NCBI GenBank assembly: GCA_051294905.1
Contig: CM119372.1
Location: forward strand, 16,618,001 to 16,682,000
DNA: 64,000 nucleotides
Direction of reading: 5' to 3'
Origin: Botryllus schlosseri
Lineage: Eukaryota
Below are positions 1 to 13,900 of this stretch, in pieces (the first letter of the stretch is position 1; the number at the start of each line of letters is the position of its first letter). The translations under genes and the position numbers were made by a program. A model generated the notes under the pieces. It saw nothing but the letters and a program-made list of their open reading frames with translations. It was not told the DNA's origin and made no database searches.

Positions 1-1919
1 AGAAATCCATTGATAATTTCTCGGATTGTTCGCAGCGTTCGTGCTGCCATCAACGCGAGGTTTTCTCGGAAAATTCTAGTGCATGACGGCGCAAACAATT
101 AAAATTGTTTATTTTGCGTTACCATCGCAACCACTTGTAAAACAATAGGTTACTGTATGATCTCGAAAGCCCACACGCTCATTCAATCACCCGTTATGAT
201 ATCATGCATGAAACGTGGTATCAACGCGGCATACCAACAGCGCATACTTTTCCGGATCACGAGATACGCTTTCAAGAAATGCTCAGCTAGTTCCTTGTCC
301 TTGAGATACAGTTAAAAACCATTTCCATTTCACCGAACCCATATAAAACCCGTATGAGATTAGAGCAGCATAAAGCATTATTGAGAGAATTCGATGAGTA
401 TACAAACACATTTGTATACTTTTCACATTCACGTGTAAGTTCTGGTACTGAAAATACCTCTATCTTTTAAATGCCGTCGGTCGAGAAGTACATACTATCT
501 GAATCACCGTACGAATCTCACTGCTAACGCGATTGCAACATCAATACGCAACCAGTACTTATAACTCGTGGCGAATTCCTCACCCCGGTAACATCTTGAT
601 GTCTCGACATGATACAATTTCGAATCGATCCCGCAGAGTCCCATAAACGGATTAAATCAGCGTCTTTGATGTGGTTGAGTAAAGCGAGAATTAACCGTTC
701 CCATTACTCCATAAGTCTAGGCGACGGTAGGCCGTTGAACCTATGTTAATGAATAACTATACAAACGCTGTTTCATCTACCCTTTCGCACAGCGGCTTAA
801 TCGCATATAGAGTGTTTGAAATGCGTAGCAAAACAAGTAGCCGTTTCCGTAGGATTACATCGCAAAGGTTGGCGTATGACATACGCTATTTTGAGAACGG
901 TTATACGGTAAATATATAAAAAAAATTCATTCCGCGTTCATAGGTAAATCTAAGTCCACCTGATCTCGTATCTGCACCGTATTCAAGGTTACTAAAACAC
1001 ACGGCATCGTGAACAGCACAGAGAATCGTTTAAGAACTAGTTACTTCCGATATTGTGCCTATTTGTTACGTTTGTTAAATCTTGCCTCCCTCAAAGGCTG
1101 CCGGGAAAAGCTATAATTTTCGGTTCATTGAAATTATAAACTTTAATCGCTAGCTATGCCGCCGTGATCTCTTAAATTGCTAGCGAATTCGCTTGAGGAA
1201 TCTCTATAATTTCTACGACGGCCAGAAATACCTGACCGCACGTTGAGAGGTACATTTTCGAAGTCAAAGACATCGGCCGTTGCGTTACGTTTCGCGTTCC
1301 GAAAGATAAAATCATCGGGATTGGAAGTCAGTGTCCGATGAACGTGACTAAGCCGAAGGAATTAAGCCCAAAGTCGGATTTGCCTGTTCATGAATGATGG
1401 CTCAAACACGAATACACAGCACCATAAAGAACCGACCAACAGAACATCAAAACAATTCCCAGTAAATGTATCAGACAAACTTGGATGCTGGAACTGGAAC
1501 TTAATGACTGTATCAAGTTCATAAAACCTTCTGCTGAGTGCTGAAGAGTTTATCATAACAATACGCTCCATAAATTATACCCTTGATACACAGCTCCGTA
1601 CCTTTGTCGTTAAATTCCATTGAAACGCAACGTCGGCAGTTCAAAGTGATTCGCGTCGCTTCGCGGCGTGTTGATATTCCGGAAGCGTATTTAAATCCGA
1701 TATTAAATTAATGTCGTGTTTTTCTTTCACTAATCATCACGATTAATCGCGGATTCAAAAGAAATGTGCAGGCAGTATATCCAAAAAACGATGTAAGATA
1801 TTTATTATATTATCAATCTGTAAGTCAGGAACGGTTATATTTTATTCCTCCGTTACTACCAACTATAATAAACTGCCTGAAGAGACTCTTGGAGGTATAT
1901 AACTTCCATATACAATAGC

Positions 1920-2090
1920 AAAATATGTTCACATTGACATAAACTCTAATTATTTCGGGTGAAGCTCTTCAGGGGTAATCGTCATTTATATTCAATGTTC
2001 TTTTCAATTCTCTACTAGTTGCTGACGATTACCACTGATGAGTGTCAGCCGAAATTATTCGGGTTTATTTCAATAAGAATATATTATTCA
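1920..2090. repeat. Short inverted repeat (~65-bp arms), each arm carrying a minimal hammerhead-like core; possible Penelope-like element terminal relic
   Basis: The reverse complement of ~1920-1984 (TGACGATTACCCCTGAAGAGCTTCACCCGAAATAATTAGAGTTTATGTCAATG) aligns with 2023-2090 (TGACGATTACCACTGATGAGTGTCAGCCGAAATTATTCGGGTTTATTTCAATA). Both arms contain CTGANGA-G-N7-C-GAAA. Confidence 0.5.
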
Positions 2091-2899
2091 ATAATAATAC
2101 ACCGTTTTCGCGAAAATGTAACCCTGACTCGTAACAATGATAAATTCTCTAGCGAATATGTCACTGGCACATGTATATTCCGCACTTTATCTCCCTATAC
2201 ACTGTTAATTTCCGATTATTTAACTTTATACTTCTTCGGTGGATATTTTATTGATAAAACACGCACCCAAACGCTTAATGTAAAATGACTGTCCCTTCAT
2301 ACAACCTAATACCGCAATATTCGACCCACGCACCCGACCCCGCCTAGCGCAAGACGCGAATGACTCTCTGCGCCTCGGCGAGGTATGTTGAAACGACCGC
2401 GAGAGATATGACGTTATCCGTTTTTCGAGAGCATGCGCTCGCCGATGCCCAGGTAAGCGTGTCGAACCTTCTTATATCTTCCCCCCGGCGCTTATCGTCG
2501 TGTCCGTCGCCGTTTGGCGTGAGTTTATTTTCTTTTTATTACTCTTAGCTTGGAATTCCTTCGTCGCGATACCGCATACGTCGAGCTATTATCAAGTGGT
2601 TATTTAAAGCGTGTTTGGATCTATACGTCGTTACGCGACATTCCTGTTACGCATCGCCAAGTCAATATGGGTACATAGAATGTTCCGGAGCGCATTCCAA
2701 ACGCTGAGACGTTATAACCGAGTCCTTTACGGATCTGCGAGACAAAACACACAATGACAGAAACGCTTGAACTAGAGTCATGTAGGAATTAATATTTCCG
2801 AGCAACGGAAATGAATGTTCGTAGTCACCGGCTAATCGCACTTGACACGGTACGGGAATGGTGGAAAAGTCTTAATACCTGGCGATGTTGAACGCAGCG

Positions 2900-3042
2900 A
2901 GTAATGAGGGCACCTGCTTGTAAGACTACGTCAGTCGTTTCTACTCATTCCTATCCTAATTTTATCCTAATCTTGCTGTGTTTTGAAGACTTGAAATTGT
3001 TAATAAACTGAACTGCACTGAACGAAATTGAACACTGCACTG
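2900..3042 (+). mobile_element. Possible 3' end of an old non-LTR retrotransposon
   Basis: AATAAA followed by a degenerate (CTGAA/CTGCA)n tail at ~3002-3042, a tail form typical of CR1/L2-group 3' ends. No coding remnant recognised. Confidence 0.3.
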
Positions 3043-6000
3043 TTGTTGAGGTGTTCAGCGCAGCAACGGAACGTTTCCCTTGCTTCTGCGAAACACGCAA
3101 TCTTTACAAACCTGAATTAATTTGCCGGTACTATACCCCTGCCTCAAAGTCGATGTTACTTTTTCGATAGTCGTCTTTATCCGGTTAAGACGTGTGATTG
3201 ACCGAAACAGGCACGAATTGGCACCTATCGTCGTGAAAAGATATTTTCAAAATTACACCCGGCCGAAATATTGGCAACGTAGTATTACAGACCAATAGTT
3301 CAACATCGTTCGTCGCGAGGCCCATTGATCCATATACCTTGTAAGAGGCCACATGGAAATAAAATATCAGTTTCTCTCTATGCTGCGTAACTGCATGATT
3401 TCCATGACAGAAAAACAATGTGCTAGTCCCGGAAAAAATAAATCATTTTGAGTTATGACCGAGCATTCCAACGATTACATCAGGTGTATCTGTATATCGT
3501 TTACTTTTTCGTGTTTATCGATTGTGCGTGCAATGCATGCTGTGACATGGATAGTTGTCTCGGTTCACCGCATATCCCTTATTTGACAACATGTCGTCAA
3601 CACAGAACACATAACACAACTACACAGCATAACTAAAGGTTGTTAAGCTCTAGTGTGTTGACGCCCACTTGAAACAATGCACATGCAGATGATATAAGGG
3701 TGGAAGTTGTAAATCTACAGGTACACTCTCCGGACTTCTATAAAACAAATTCCGTGCAATTTTCAGATGCCTCAGTCACGTAAGCCAACCATAAAACGCT
3801 CGCCCCACACACTAAACGATGATCGCTTGAAGATACGCGTCTACTCATAATCCTCAATCAATCTTCAAGTATATATAAATAAACTTGACCAACTCAATCA
3901 CATTCCAATCCTTGCATTTATCAATCAGGGGTCGACAGGTGAAAGACAACACGCACGCGCGAATATCAATACGCTGATTTCCAGCATTAAAAATAACACT
4001 GGCGAGATGAGATCATTGAAACTCGTGACTTGTTTGTGTCCTTGAACATTGGTAGGTATCATGAAGAGATTTCAACACTGAACACCGCTCACAGATGTTA
4101 AAGGGACTTTGGAGAATTTCATACGGAAAGAGCATACGCCTTCCTAGAATAAATATTAGCCGTAGAGGACGTAAAGATATTTGTCGTTACGTGTCACGAA
4201 ACTTGTCAAACAGTTCCCGTGTACGAAGCGTATGCGTACATGGGAAATTTTGTAATGTTAAATTTTGCGTAACACCTACGCGTGCACGACCGCCCGCGTG
4301 TCCTGTCGCTATAGTAGAAGTACGCTGACTCGAGATCCCCAAGTCCCCCCCCCCCCGAATAGTGATAATACGCGCCTTCTTTTAGGTTAGGCATAAATTG
4401 TCAAATGAGCTGAAAATTAGTAGGTGAGTACCCAATTACAGCTGGCAGTCGATCAAATGGGCTCGAAAAATGTAATTTTAGGACGGGCATGCTGCGCCAC
4501 AGGCACAATCATCGGTTGTGCGCACGCAACAAGTTTTGTCGACCGACATTGCTGTTGCTACTCCTTCGCGTTAGATATCTCAACCATTCAAATTATGAAA
4601 TGTTGATAAGTCCCGATTTACAGGAACAGACAAACAGATATACCGCTAGGCAATGTTATATCTATCTACCAGTGACAGTGATCGCACTTCGATATGCGTC
4701 CTCACACTTGAATAAGTAGATCGCCATGTCACTTACATTCAAGCAACAAAAGATTATAATAGAATGATTGACTTGCCCAAGTATGATAATGTTAGTTGAG
4801 ACTTACATCGGGATGTACGGCGATTCTAGAAAAGAACCACAGCTGTATTAATTTTGCAATATTTGAAATACACTTCCTGCTGTGACCGCTGCGCAGTACT
4901 GCACAGCATCATTTGTGCTAGCAGCTATCAATGCACCGTTGATGGATGATTTCGCCCTGATCACACACTAATGAATATCACTGGCACTTGCAAAATTGAT
5001 CCTTCCAGTCCTGCCTATACACTGCGTCTAGCGTGATGATTTTAAAGTATAGCGTGCTGTGCGCGACATCCCTGCATTTCACGGTCACAACACGTGATGT
5101 ATAAAAAATTTATGAGTTGCTGCAAGCCCGGCACATAACAAGGCGTTACTAATATGATCTCATCAGCATTGTATGATTTAACCGCCGGTATGCTTTGGAA
5201 TGTAGTCGGCAAATCAATGAGGTTGGCAATCCATTTTAGACGTTCACTATAATAGTAGGTCGCTAACGCGGCTATACTGTGTGGGATGTGTAAACTGTAA
5301 AACATGACGCCTATTTATATTTTCTGTAACTAAATAATAAGGGTTTGTATCACATCAAGAATAGATAGCGCTTAGCCGGATTTCATGTTGTGTGACTATT
5401 CCGGGGCTGAAGTCCAGCTAACCAGGAGACATCGATTTGTTGGTAGGCAGAGCTAATTAGGAATGAAAATTAGAATTACAGCATAGGTATCAGCCAGTGA
5501 CCTTAATAATGTATTTGAGTCGCTTGCAAAAACTACACCTAGCTTAGAAACTTCAGGGTTGTAGATAGCATCAGGATATAATTTTAAAATGTCTCTCTGA
5601 AAGTCGTCACGCAAATGACTGTGGCCGAATACTAGCCTACATACTACCAGCTCTGGATGTCTTCTACTGACAATTTCTAGAATCGTACATGGAGACCAGA
5701 AAGCGAACTGGCCAGTGGCCATGCATTCAGAGTTAAAAATGAAAAACTACATCAAATTCGACATGCTGGAGGTATTTCAATATTCATTCATATACCAGGA
5801 ATAAGTTCCTTGCACAATGCACATATAATTCGAAATCTCTATATAATAGCGTTGTTAAATTAATCGTATTCTTAGTGAAAGGAGTGCGGAAAAAGAAGAC
5901 TTACTGCTGCATTATTAAAAATTCACTGCATCGTAACGACTTTAACGCTAGAGTAGTAGAGGTCGCCCTATAACGGGAAATGTGACTTCTGACATTTCAT

Positions 6001-7337
6001 TATGGATCTTGTTAACACCATATGATGCTCTTAGTCATAGTCATATATCTAAAATATTATATACAATTAAATGTTTGTGCAGCACATCCATAACTTATCT
6101 GCCTTGATCCATTGATGTATGTTATGAATGTTAGAAATGGGTGTGGCAAATTCAGCTCAACTTTCCGGATCATCATTTTTTGATGAGTTGGCAACGTGAA
6201 GCTGTATAATGTTGGAAGTTCATGTGTAACCAATACAAGCTTCGTAAATTTGATCAAGGCGGTTCAAACATAAAGGAATAAATGATAAGTCGTGACATAT
6301 TGTAGACGTTAACTAGTCCTAAATTTTTACGTGAAATGACCAACGCGATATCTCCATAATACTAGAAAATGCCAGATCAATTTGGAAGCAAATTTCGCAG
6401 AGTCGAGCATGATGGCACTTCGCTGCGCTGGGTAACGACCTACGTTCTACGGCATAGAGCGTGAAATTATAGCATGTAAGCAGTGAATAAGACGCAAAAG
6501 CTAGAGATATACAGCACCAAAGAAATAGAAGAAATATTACGGCGCCCGTCTCAAGAACAACAAGACCGACGCCATCTATTCAGTTATTTCACTCCGAGGA
6601 AGTGCGAATTTTCACGACGTCCAACGTGCTTACACGATTCTAGTCCAAATGTACAATGTCAATAGGATAACATTCGACGCGCCATTGTTACCACTAGATC
6701 TCCTTGTCTAACGATTTCTGAAGGCAAAGCAAACGACAACCCTTGCTATAAGAGATTAAAAGTGATCGCTGCTACCAGTGTATGTATACCATACAGAACT
6801 TGACCACTGCGCATTATACTATACCAGTCTACCACACACCTAGTTAGATAACTAGATATGTGCAACACTACTGGATTTGCAGCATTCGACACTAGATCGA
6901 TAACGACTGGAATTTCTCTCGGACCAAATATATACCACGGGGTTCCTATTCTTGAGTTTCAAAGGGGTAATTAAACTTGCTTTTACAACTGGACAAGTAG
7001 GTTATTTCCAAGTTTATAGTTCGTTAATGACCATGTATGACCGCACCAGAAACCTAAATCGAAGGTAACGGTACTGCATAGATCCTCACCAGAGATATCG
7101 ACTACAAGGCCTCACCGTATATTCATGATTAAAATCAGTGACGCTATTATGTCATGCGCCCCAGACATACCATTTGCAATGCTATATACAAGACATAATA
7201 CAATGCAATGAAAATATGAGATGATGTCGAAACGGCCAAGTACGGTCTATCGATCTAACATCCACCACGTGACTCGTCCTACCGGCATTACTGCTATAAA
7301 CAACCCTACTATAGTGTGTCCACTGTCCACTGTCCAT

Positions 7338-7735
7338 TAGGGCTCTTCAGTCTTCAAATATGACTTTTTTTTCTCAAATCGTACTGGCTACTTGATAAAA
7401 TTGTTAGGTTACCTAATTTAAGCCTACACACAAAATTTGGTTCAATTCCAGAGAGTAACCGCTTTGCTACAGGAGAAGAAAGCTTCTATTTATTATAAAA
7501 AAAAATGAGCATCGTTTCTATAGACAGCCTAACACTTTCATGGGGGAACAGAAAATTTTCAAATTTTTTATTATTTATTTTTATATAATAAATAGAAACT
7601 TTCTTCTCCTGTAGCAAAGCGGTTACTGGCTGGAACTGAACCAAATTTCGTGTGTAGGCTTAAATTTGGTAACCTAACAATTTTATCAAGTAGCCAGTAC
7701 GATTTGAGAAAATAAGTCATTTTTGAAGAGCCCTA
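7338..7735. mobile_element. Palindromic non-autonomous hAT-type MITE with ~165-bp TIRs
   Basis: Termini TAGGGCTCTTCA...TGAAGAGCCCTA and long near-complementary arms. Perfect 8-bp TSD CTGTCCAT at 7330-7337 and 7736-7743. Confidence 0.9.
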
Positions 7736-8690
7736 CTGTCCATTTGTCGCGACGAAATATTAGCCTTCTCGACTCATTCATGAACGAATACTTTCAACGA
7801 CAAAGTTATCGTACTTGCGATCAGACCAGCCGATTCCACGCAATCAGCTGATGTTATTAGGACGGCAAAAAGTTCTGCTTGCTCATAATGGTATTACTAT
7901 GGATCAATACAATGGAACTGATCTGACCCAAGTAGCATCTAATCTATCGGATGAGCACTTGAGCAGTCGCTAAGATCGATCGGCATACTGCAGATCAACA
8001 TAAGTAGATTCGTCAACAAACACGGCCTATTATCTGGTTCCAGATAGTTTGCTTTGATAATAGACCTATAGGCTACCACATATCTATTCCGCTGGTTAAA
8101 GTCAGTTACTACAAGTATAATTCCATGTGCGACATGGCAAGGGCTGTGGTCGTCAATGACAATAATATGCAGGATGTTTGCATAACAGGCCGGTAAGGAG
8201 CACGACAAATGATTGTAAATTCGTCAAGTACATGGCAGAGTGCAACAATCTGTCGATTGATGCAGACCGAACTGTATATACTCGCATAAGAGAATGTTCC
8301 GCAACTTGTACCATCAAACATCTAAAATGAATGCACGTCGATGGATTTTAAATGACTAAGTTTCCATGGGCACTGCGGAAATGACAAATATCTTAACGCA
8401 TCTCCAATTAAGAAAGGATGCATTCTACATCTTATTTCGATTCAAGCTGACTGCGTTCCTGCACGGATGATCGGGAGAATGCGAGTATAATTGCACACTT
8501 GCTACGCCATCATTCAGAGTCATTAATTATGGAAGGAATGTCGATTGCATCGATAAATGCTCAATGCTCATTTCATTGGCGCATTTCTCATTCCACAGCG
8601 CCAACGACGCGTGACTTTGTATGTTACATACAATCCTGTTGATTCGTGACTATTTATGCTATGAAGGAGGACGAGCTATTTTGATTAGAC

Positions 8691-8833
8691 CGGTGGTTCT
8701 CAAACTGAGTGGGGGGCGTGCCATCAAACTATGCGTTAGGATTGCTAGCATTCTGGTTGCAGTTTGTGATATCACGATAAAGGGGGTAGCGAAATTTTTC
8801 ACTATCATAAAGGGGGGCGTGTCTAAAACCACG
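8691..8833. mobile_element. Internally deleted hAT (Charlie/Buster-type) MITE, same family as 37572-37868 in opposite orientation
   Basis: Starts CGGTGGTTCTCAAACTG. 8720-8830 is the reverse complement of ~37585-37695. Imperfect TSD GATTAGAC/GGCTAGAC. Confidence 0.7.
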
Positions 8834-10789
8834 GCTAGACCATCATCAAGCACAAAATCAATCAGTGAAGTAACTGAGCTTTTAATGCGTGGCCAACCTA
8901 AAATGTAGATTTTGGGCGAAGACACAAGATACAACGATTTCGTTGCACCTACCAGCAAGTGTATTGGTACCCGCATGTAACTGTAACTAAAGGCATATTT
9001 GTTAAGCAATTGAAGGCTTCCTTAATTCAGCCAGGCTTAAATTACCAACGCCGACAGTCGCACATCAAACGTCTGATGTGGTGAAATCCCGGTGCTCGTT
9101 AAAGTCACTAGCTCTGCTGAGGACCCTCGACAAATTCGTTTGGTCGAGAGCCTCCTCTGCCAGGAGGCCAGGCGAGAGATTACCTCGACACTCGCGCTAA
9201 ATCACATTCCGAGCGCGATCGCATTCATTGTCCGACCGAGTCACTTGACACAATGGGAACAGCAAAGGCGCTATCTGGATTCAATTCGTTCTCGGCCATC
9301 CCGTCGATCCGCAATCAAACAGCCGACCTCTTATGTCGAGTGGCTGGATGTTTGTCGATCGAATAACCCCCTCGCAGACGCAAATATACGCTCTTTGAAA
9401 TGCCTTACGTCCGTGTACTTTGAGTCACCCCTCTGCGCCGATGCGTTCGTTTAATTATCAGGAGGCCCACAGGCGTTTGGTAAGCGCGGCAGATATATCG
9501 CATGTTTGAAAAAGACGCGGAAGTGTACCTAAGGCTTGAACACAATGGCGTATCCCTATACTGTTTGCCACGATTTTCGTGACCTATCCATCAACAAATT
9601 TATATATTCCTCTGCGATTCAAGTACATCACCTCTGAATCAGAGGATCTATATTGCAGTGTAACATTACACAACCCACTCTAAAATCAGAAACCTATAAT
9701 ACTCATCTCAATCAGCACTAGCATGCCACCAGAAATATTTGGTGTCGTTGCAATCTATGGAAGGCATTGCCAATACAATAGCTACTGTGAAAATACTAGA
9801 AACTAAAACGGTAGATATTTTACATTCGATCATAGGGCGATTCACAAAGTTTCCCGTGGGATATGATACGCTGCTGCATGAAATCTTCCCATGCTTCTAC
9901 TTTTATCAACCTGTCGTTAATTCATAAGGACAGTGGAAATCCCGTCAGCAATTAATTGAATCACCGAACCTGTCCGCAAAGTTGCGCGTGTGCTCAAGAC
10001 GTTACACGGCTGTCAAGAATTTTGTATATCTGAATCATACATGTCATGGAATCTGACCTAATTTCACCTGTTGTACACCTTCTTCCGAATAGCGCGCCGA
10101 TTTATAGACAGGGGAACTATGCAAAGAAAATCGGCGATATCGCCCATTATACTTCAGCGAGCAGCTATGAAACGAGTCATTTCTGTTTGTCGGTTGTTGT
10201 TAGATATCCGAACTGCAAGACAAATATGGAATACTGGGATAGGCGCCTCGCGGACGGTAATTGTAAATTTTACGTGGGGCTTATCACACGGATCAAACAC
10301 CACGCAAACAATAACGATTGCCTTTCTATAAGCAAATGGCTATGGTATAATCCGTGTGAGCATATGTACTGTACACCGCTATCTTTTACTGCGTTAATCT
10401 TACGTTAAGACTGAGCAATCAATAACTAGACACTGTGACTGTACGAGTGTGTACGTATATCGTACGTGTGAAAATGCCGTAAACGACATCGAATGGTAGA
10501 CTTTGACGATATCAAAACGTAACCAAATATAATGGGTATCCAATTTTTTGCTATATTAAAGGATCTTTGTGTTCGAGTACATTTTATAAGTCAAATATTA
10601 ACTGTCCCGATAGGCGCTTATTCTGTCTCTCAATAGCTATGTACTATATACCGGAGGTTTATCTATTCTCCTCCCGTATGAGCGGTGAATGACAAGTGCC
10701 TAAAATGTGAAAGTGGGCTGTGCTATAATCGCTCAGAAATCATATAACATTACCGACGTGGTGTAAAATGACCTCATGTATGTCGAAAC

Positions 10790-10960
10790 CAGACATGGGG
10801 AAGTTTCAGTATCAAGTCGAACGTGGTTCGGCTAGGATTACATTCAAAACGCGCGATTACGAGTACTACTTTGATATATATAAATACAATCGATTACGGT
10901 TACTTAAAAATGTAATTACCGCGGTCGATTACGATTAAAAATCACGATTGACCATGTCAG
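10790..10960. mobile_element. Small hAT-type MITE with internal GATTAC repeats
   Basis: Termini CAGACATGG...CCATGTCAG. Perfect 8-bp TSD GTCGAAAC at 10782-10789 and 10961-10968. Confidence 0.75.
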
Positions 10961-13900
10961 GTCGAAACATCACGAATACGAGAAGCAATAGAGACCTACT
11001 TTAAACGTTCGGGCATGAATGTGTAGTGTGTACCATATGTTCATGTGGCGGAAATCGTTTCACAATGTCAACAAATGTCACCACTCACCATGACATCCAA
11101 AAACTTTATTAAAGTTGACACTCGTTTCAGGCTGCACGCGTTTACGGGGCAAGTGCTAAAGTTCGAACCACAATAACAAGCGTACAAGGTTTGGTCAACC
11201 CGAAGCGTCGTCGAATTATATTCACAATAATTAGGCTGTGTCATTTGTGACTTGTCTTGATCATTTTGTTTTTCAAATATTCGAATCCGTATTTGGGTGT
11301 GTAGTTACCAAAAATCCGAATGCTTTACGCAGCCGACGAGTTTTGTGAATGGCGTTAGGGCGTGTGATTTCGATCGCGTGATTAAGCTCTATTCATTGAC
11401 TCTCGAGACCGCATTTCTCACGCGTAATCGGGAAGTGAGGTCGTTCGGTAGTAAACAGGTGCCGTGGGGAATACGGTGATTTGACAGATTATCGGAAACA
11501 GAGAACGCATCCCGATAAAAGAAACCCACCTACTCACAGGCGAGCGCTACGCAATCGGAAATGCTCAAGGACCCTATTTTCAATGATCCGACAATAATGA
11601 CACGCTCGGGGGTCAGGTTCATTTAGATCGCTTTATAGTCAAGTTTCCGCTCTCGGTAACTTCACGAATGCACGCAACCCATCATGTTTAGTGGTCTGTG
11701 GTATGATGCGCAAAAATACAAAGGCCACGGAAACTCAATCAATTTTATCAACATTCGGTAGACAGGTGTGATTATACCCATCAGATTAACAATACACGTC
11801 CAAGTTCGGTAGATGTTGCGAAATTCGAAGACGTCAAAGACAGAAAAATATGCGATGCGTAATTCAGTATGAATCACACGGTAGGGATAGGCTCTCTGTT
11901 CGCGAATTGTAATACGAAAATGTTGGTGAATAATTATAGTAATTTGTCCGTAACACCATGATTCAGGACATGCGTTAAATTATTCAAATATTTCTTCGTC
12001 CGTCATTGATTTTGGTCAAGAAGATAGTTTACGATCGCTCCGTTGAAAATTAACCTAAATCCGTCTAGTGTTCAAAACCAGGGTAAATAAACGTTGAATT
12101 GAACGATATCTAAAGTTACGCGATGCGTTTTTAGGATTACATTTATAAACTTTTGAACCGTCAGTAACTGCGCCCGTGCTCGATTGGAGTCTGACGCGTG
12201 CGGCCCTCTCTATCCGCCTACCTGTCCTATCGACGGTTCAAATAGGCGATAGCAGCCATCAGCTCGTGAAGTGATTGACATCGAAGCTATTGCTAGGATG
12301 TGATTATCAAAACAAGGCGATAGCACAGGGGAAATTTTCGTTGCCGTGAAACACACGCGCGTCCATCTCTACCTCAATTCCGCACCGAATTACCGGCATT
12401 CACAAAGCTTAGCTCACTTTATATCGATTGCAGTACCAAGCTATCAAAGCACTGGATACGAAGGAGAGACCCACACAGTCACGGTTACGGCGTTCAAATG
12501 AGCATAGAAATGACCCACTCGATACGAGCGGGATAATTTCAATGGTGAAAGTGTGTTGACCTATGTTTAGTGGAAGACAAACACCCTTAACTCTTGTATT
12601 ACCACCATTGCGTAAAGTAAGGGACGTGACAAGTACCAATAATCCAGAGGAATTTATCGAATTTTATCGAATAATTGTCACCCATTAACGCTGCTTAGCA
12701 ATGATTGCTGGGTTAGCAGGATATAAACGATTGTGTCTTTACGGGCCACATGGAAGCCATCACTTACATTGGTTATCATTTTTTTGCTTGTAGAATCAAC
12801 TGAAAAAGGTTGCTTCGATTTTTCATTTTACATACAGTACACTGATATCTGAGTCCCACCGTACAAATGCGAACGACAAAGGAAAATGAATACCAATGCG
12901 GAATTGTGTGCGTCTCACGAATGAGGGTTTTTCTGGTGCGCCCGATGGGCGATTCCAATAAATATTTCGACTAAAACGACAATCCTGATGGGGGACAAGA
13001 CATAACGACATGCAACAAATTGATCAATAACAATCAGAAAATGTATCGATATTTTTGTGCCCAAAATTTTCGAAGCCACCCTCTCTAACAACTATAATCG
13101 TAAATATGATCACTTGGGCTGAGAAAGGATAAATCATCTTTGATAGTAATATGTGCGACTATTAATATTATCGACGAAATTCATTCATGAAGTTGAACAT
13201 TTTTAAGTGCACTTCGCGACTAGACAACGTATCCCAGCAACATTTCATAACATTACTACTCGCGATATCGGTTCGTATAGTAAGCCTGCGGGGTATTCTG
13301 CTTTTGTAATTATAAATTTTTACGCGCTGGGTGGTTCACAAGAAAGCAGTGATGGCACAGAACACCACACGTGGTATCCGCAATGCGAGGTCCCCCAGTA
13401 GCCAATTTAACATGGATAATTTCCGACCAGGTGTGCCATTACGACTGTCCGCTGGAATGCGACCGTACGCTATATATGTATTGGAAATGCGGCCGTGAAT
13501 GGCAAAAAGGTTGAACAACCCCGGTGTAATTGAATGAGCAATTTTGTCGCTGTCTTTTTGACATTAGACGACGTGTTATGCAGCGTTTCTATTGGAGTTT
13601 CTGCTGGTAAAACTTGATTGTGACAGTTGGGTTTCTCTTGAACGAAATGAGACGTCGATGTCTTCTATATACTCTATTGTACTGCCAAATATCTCCAAAT
13701 TCTACCTCTCATTTCCTGAAATTTTGTTTAAAAGTATTAAAAATGGACTTGAACGAGTAAAGCTACTCTCAAACAGTTTGGTACAACACTTTCAGCATTT
13801 TGGCGGACCGTGAGTCCAAAGCAGATCATAAACTCCACACAATGGCACAATTCCGCTAACTCTACGTTCTAAGTTGACACCATCAGTACCAAATTTGATG

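Noticed and set aside
5453..6257. Possible degenerate LINE RT remnant on the minus strand (LGVVF motif)
   Set aside because: Only one weak motif, with no other RT signature found.
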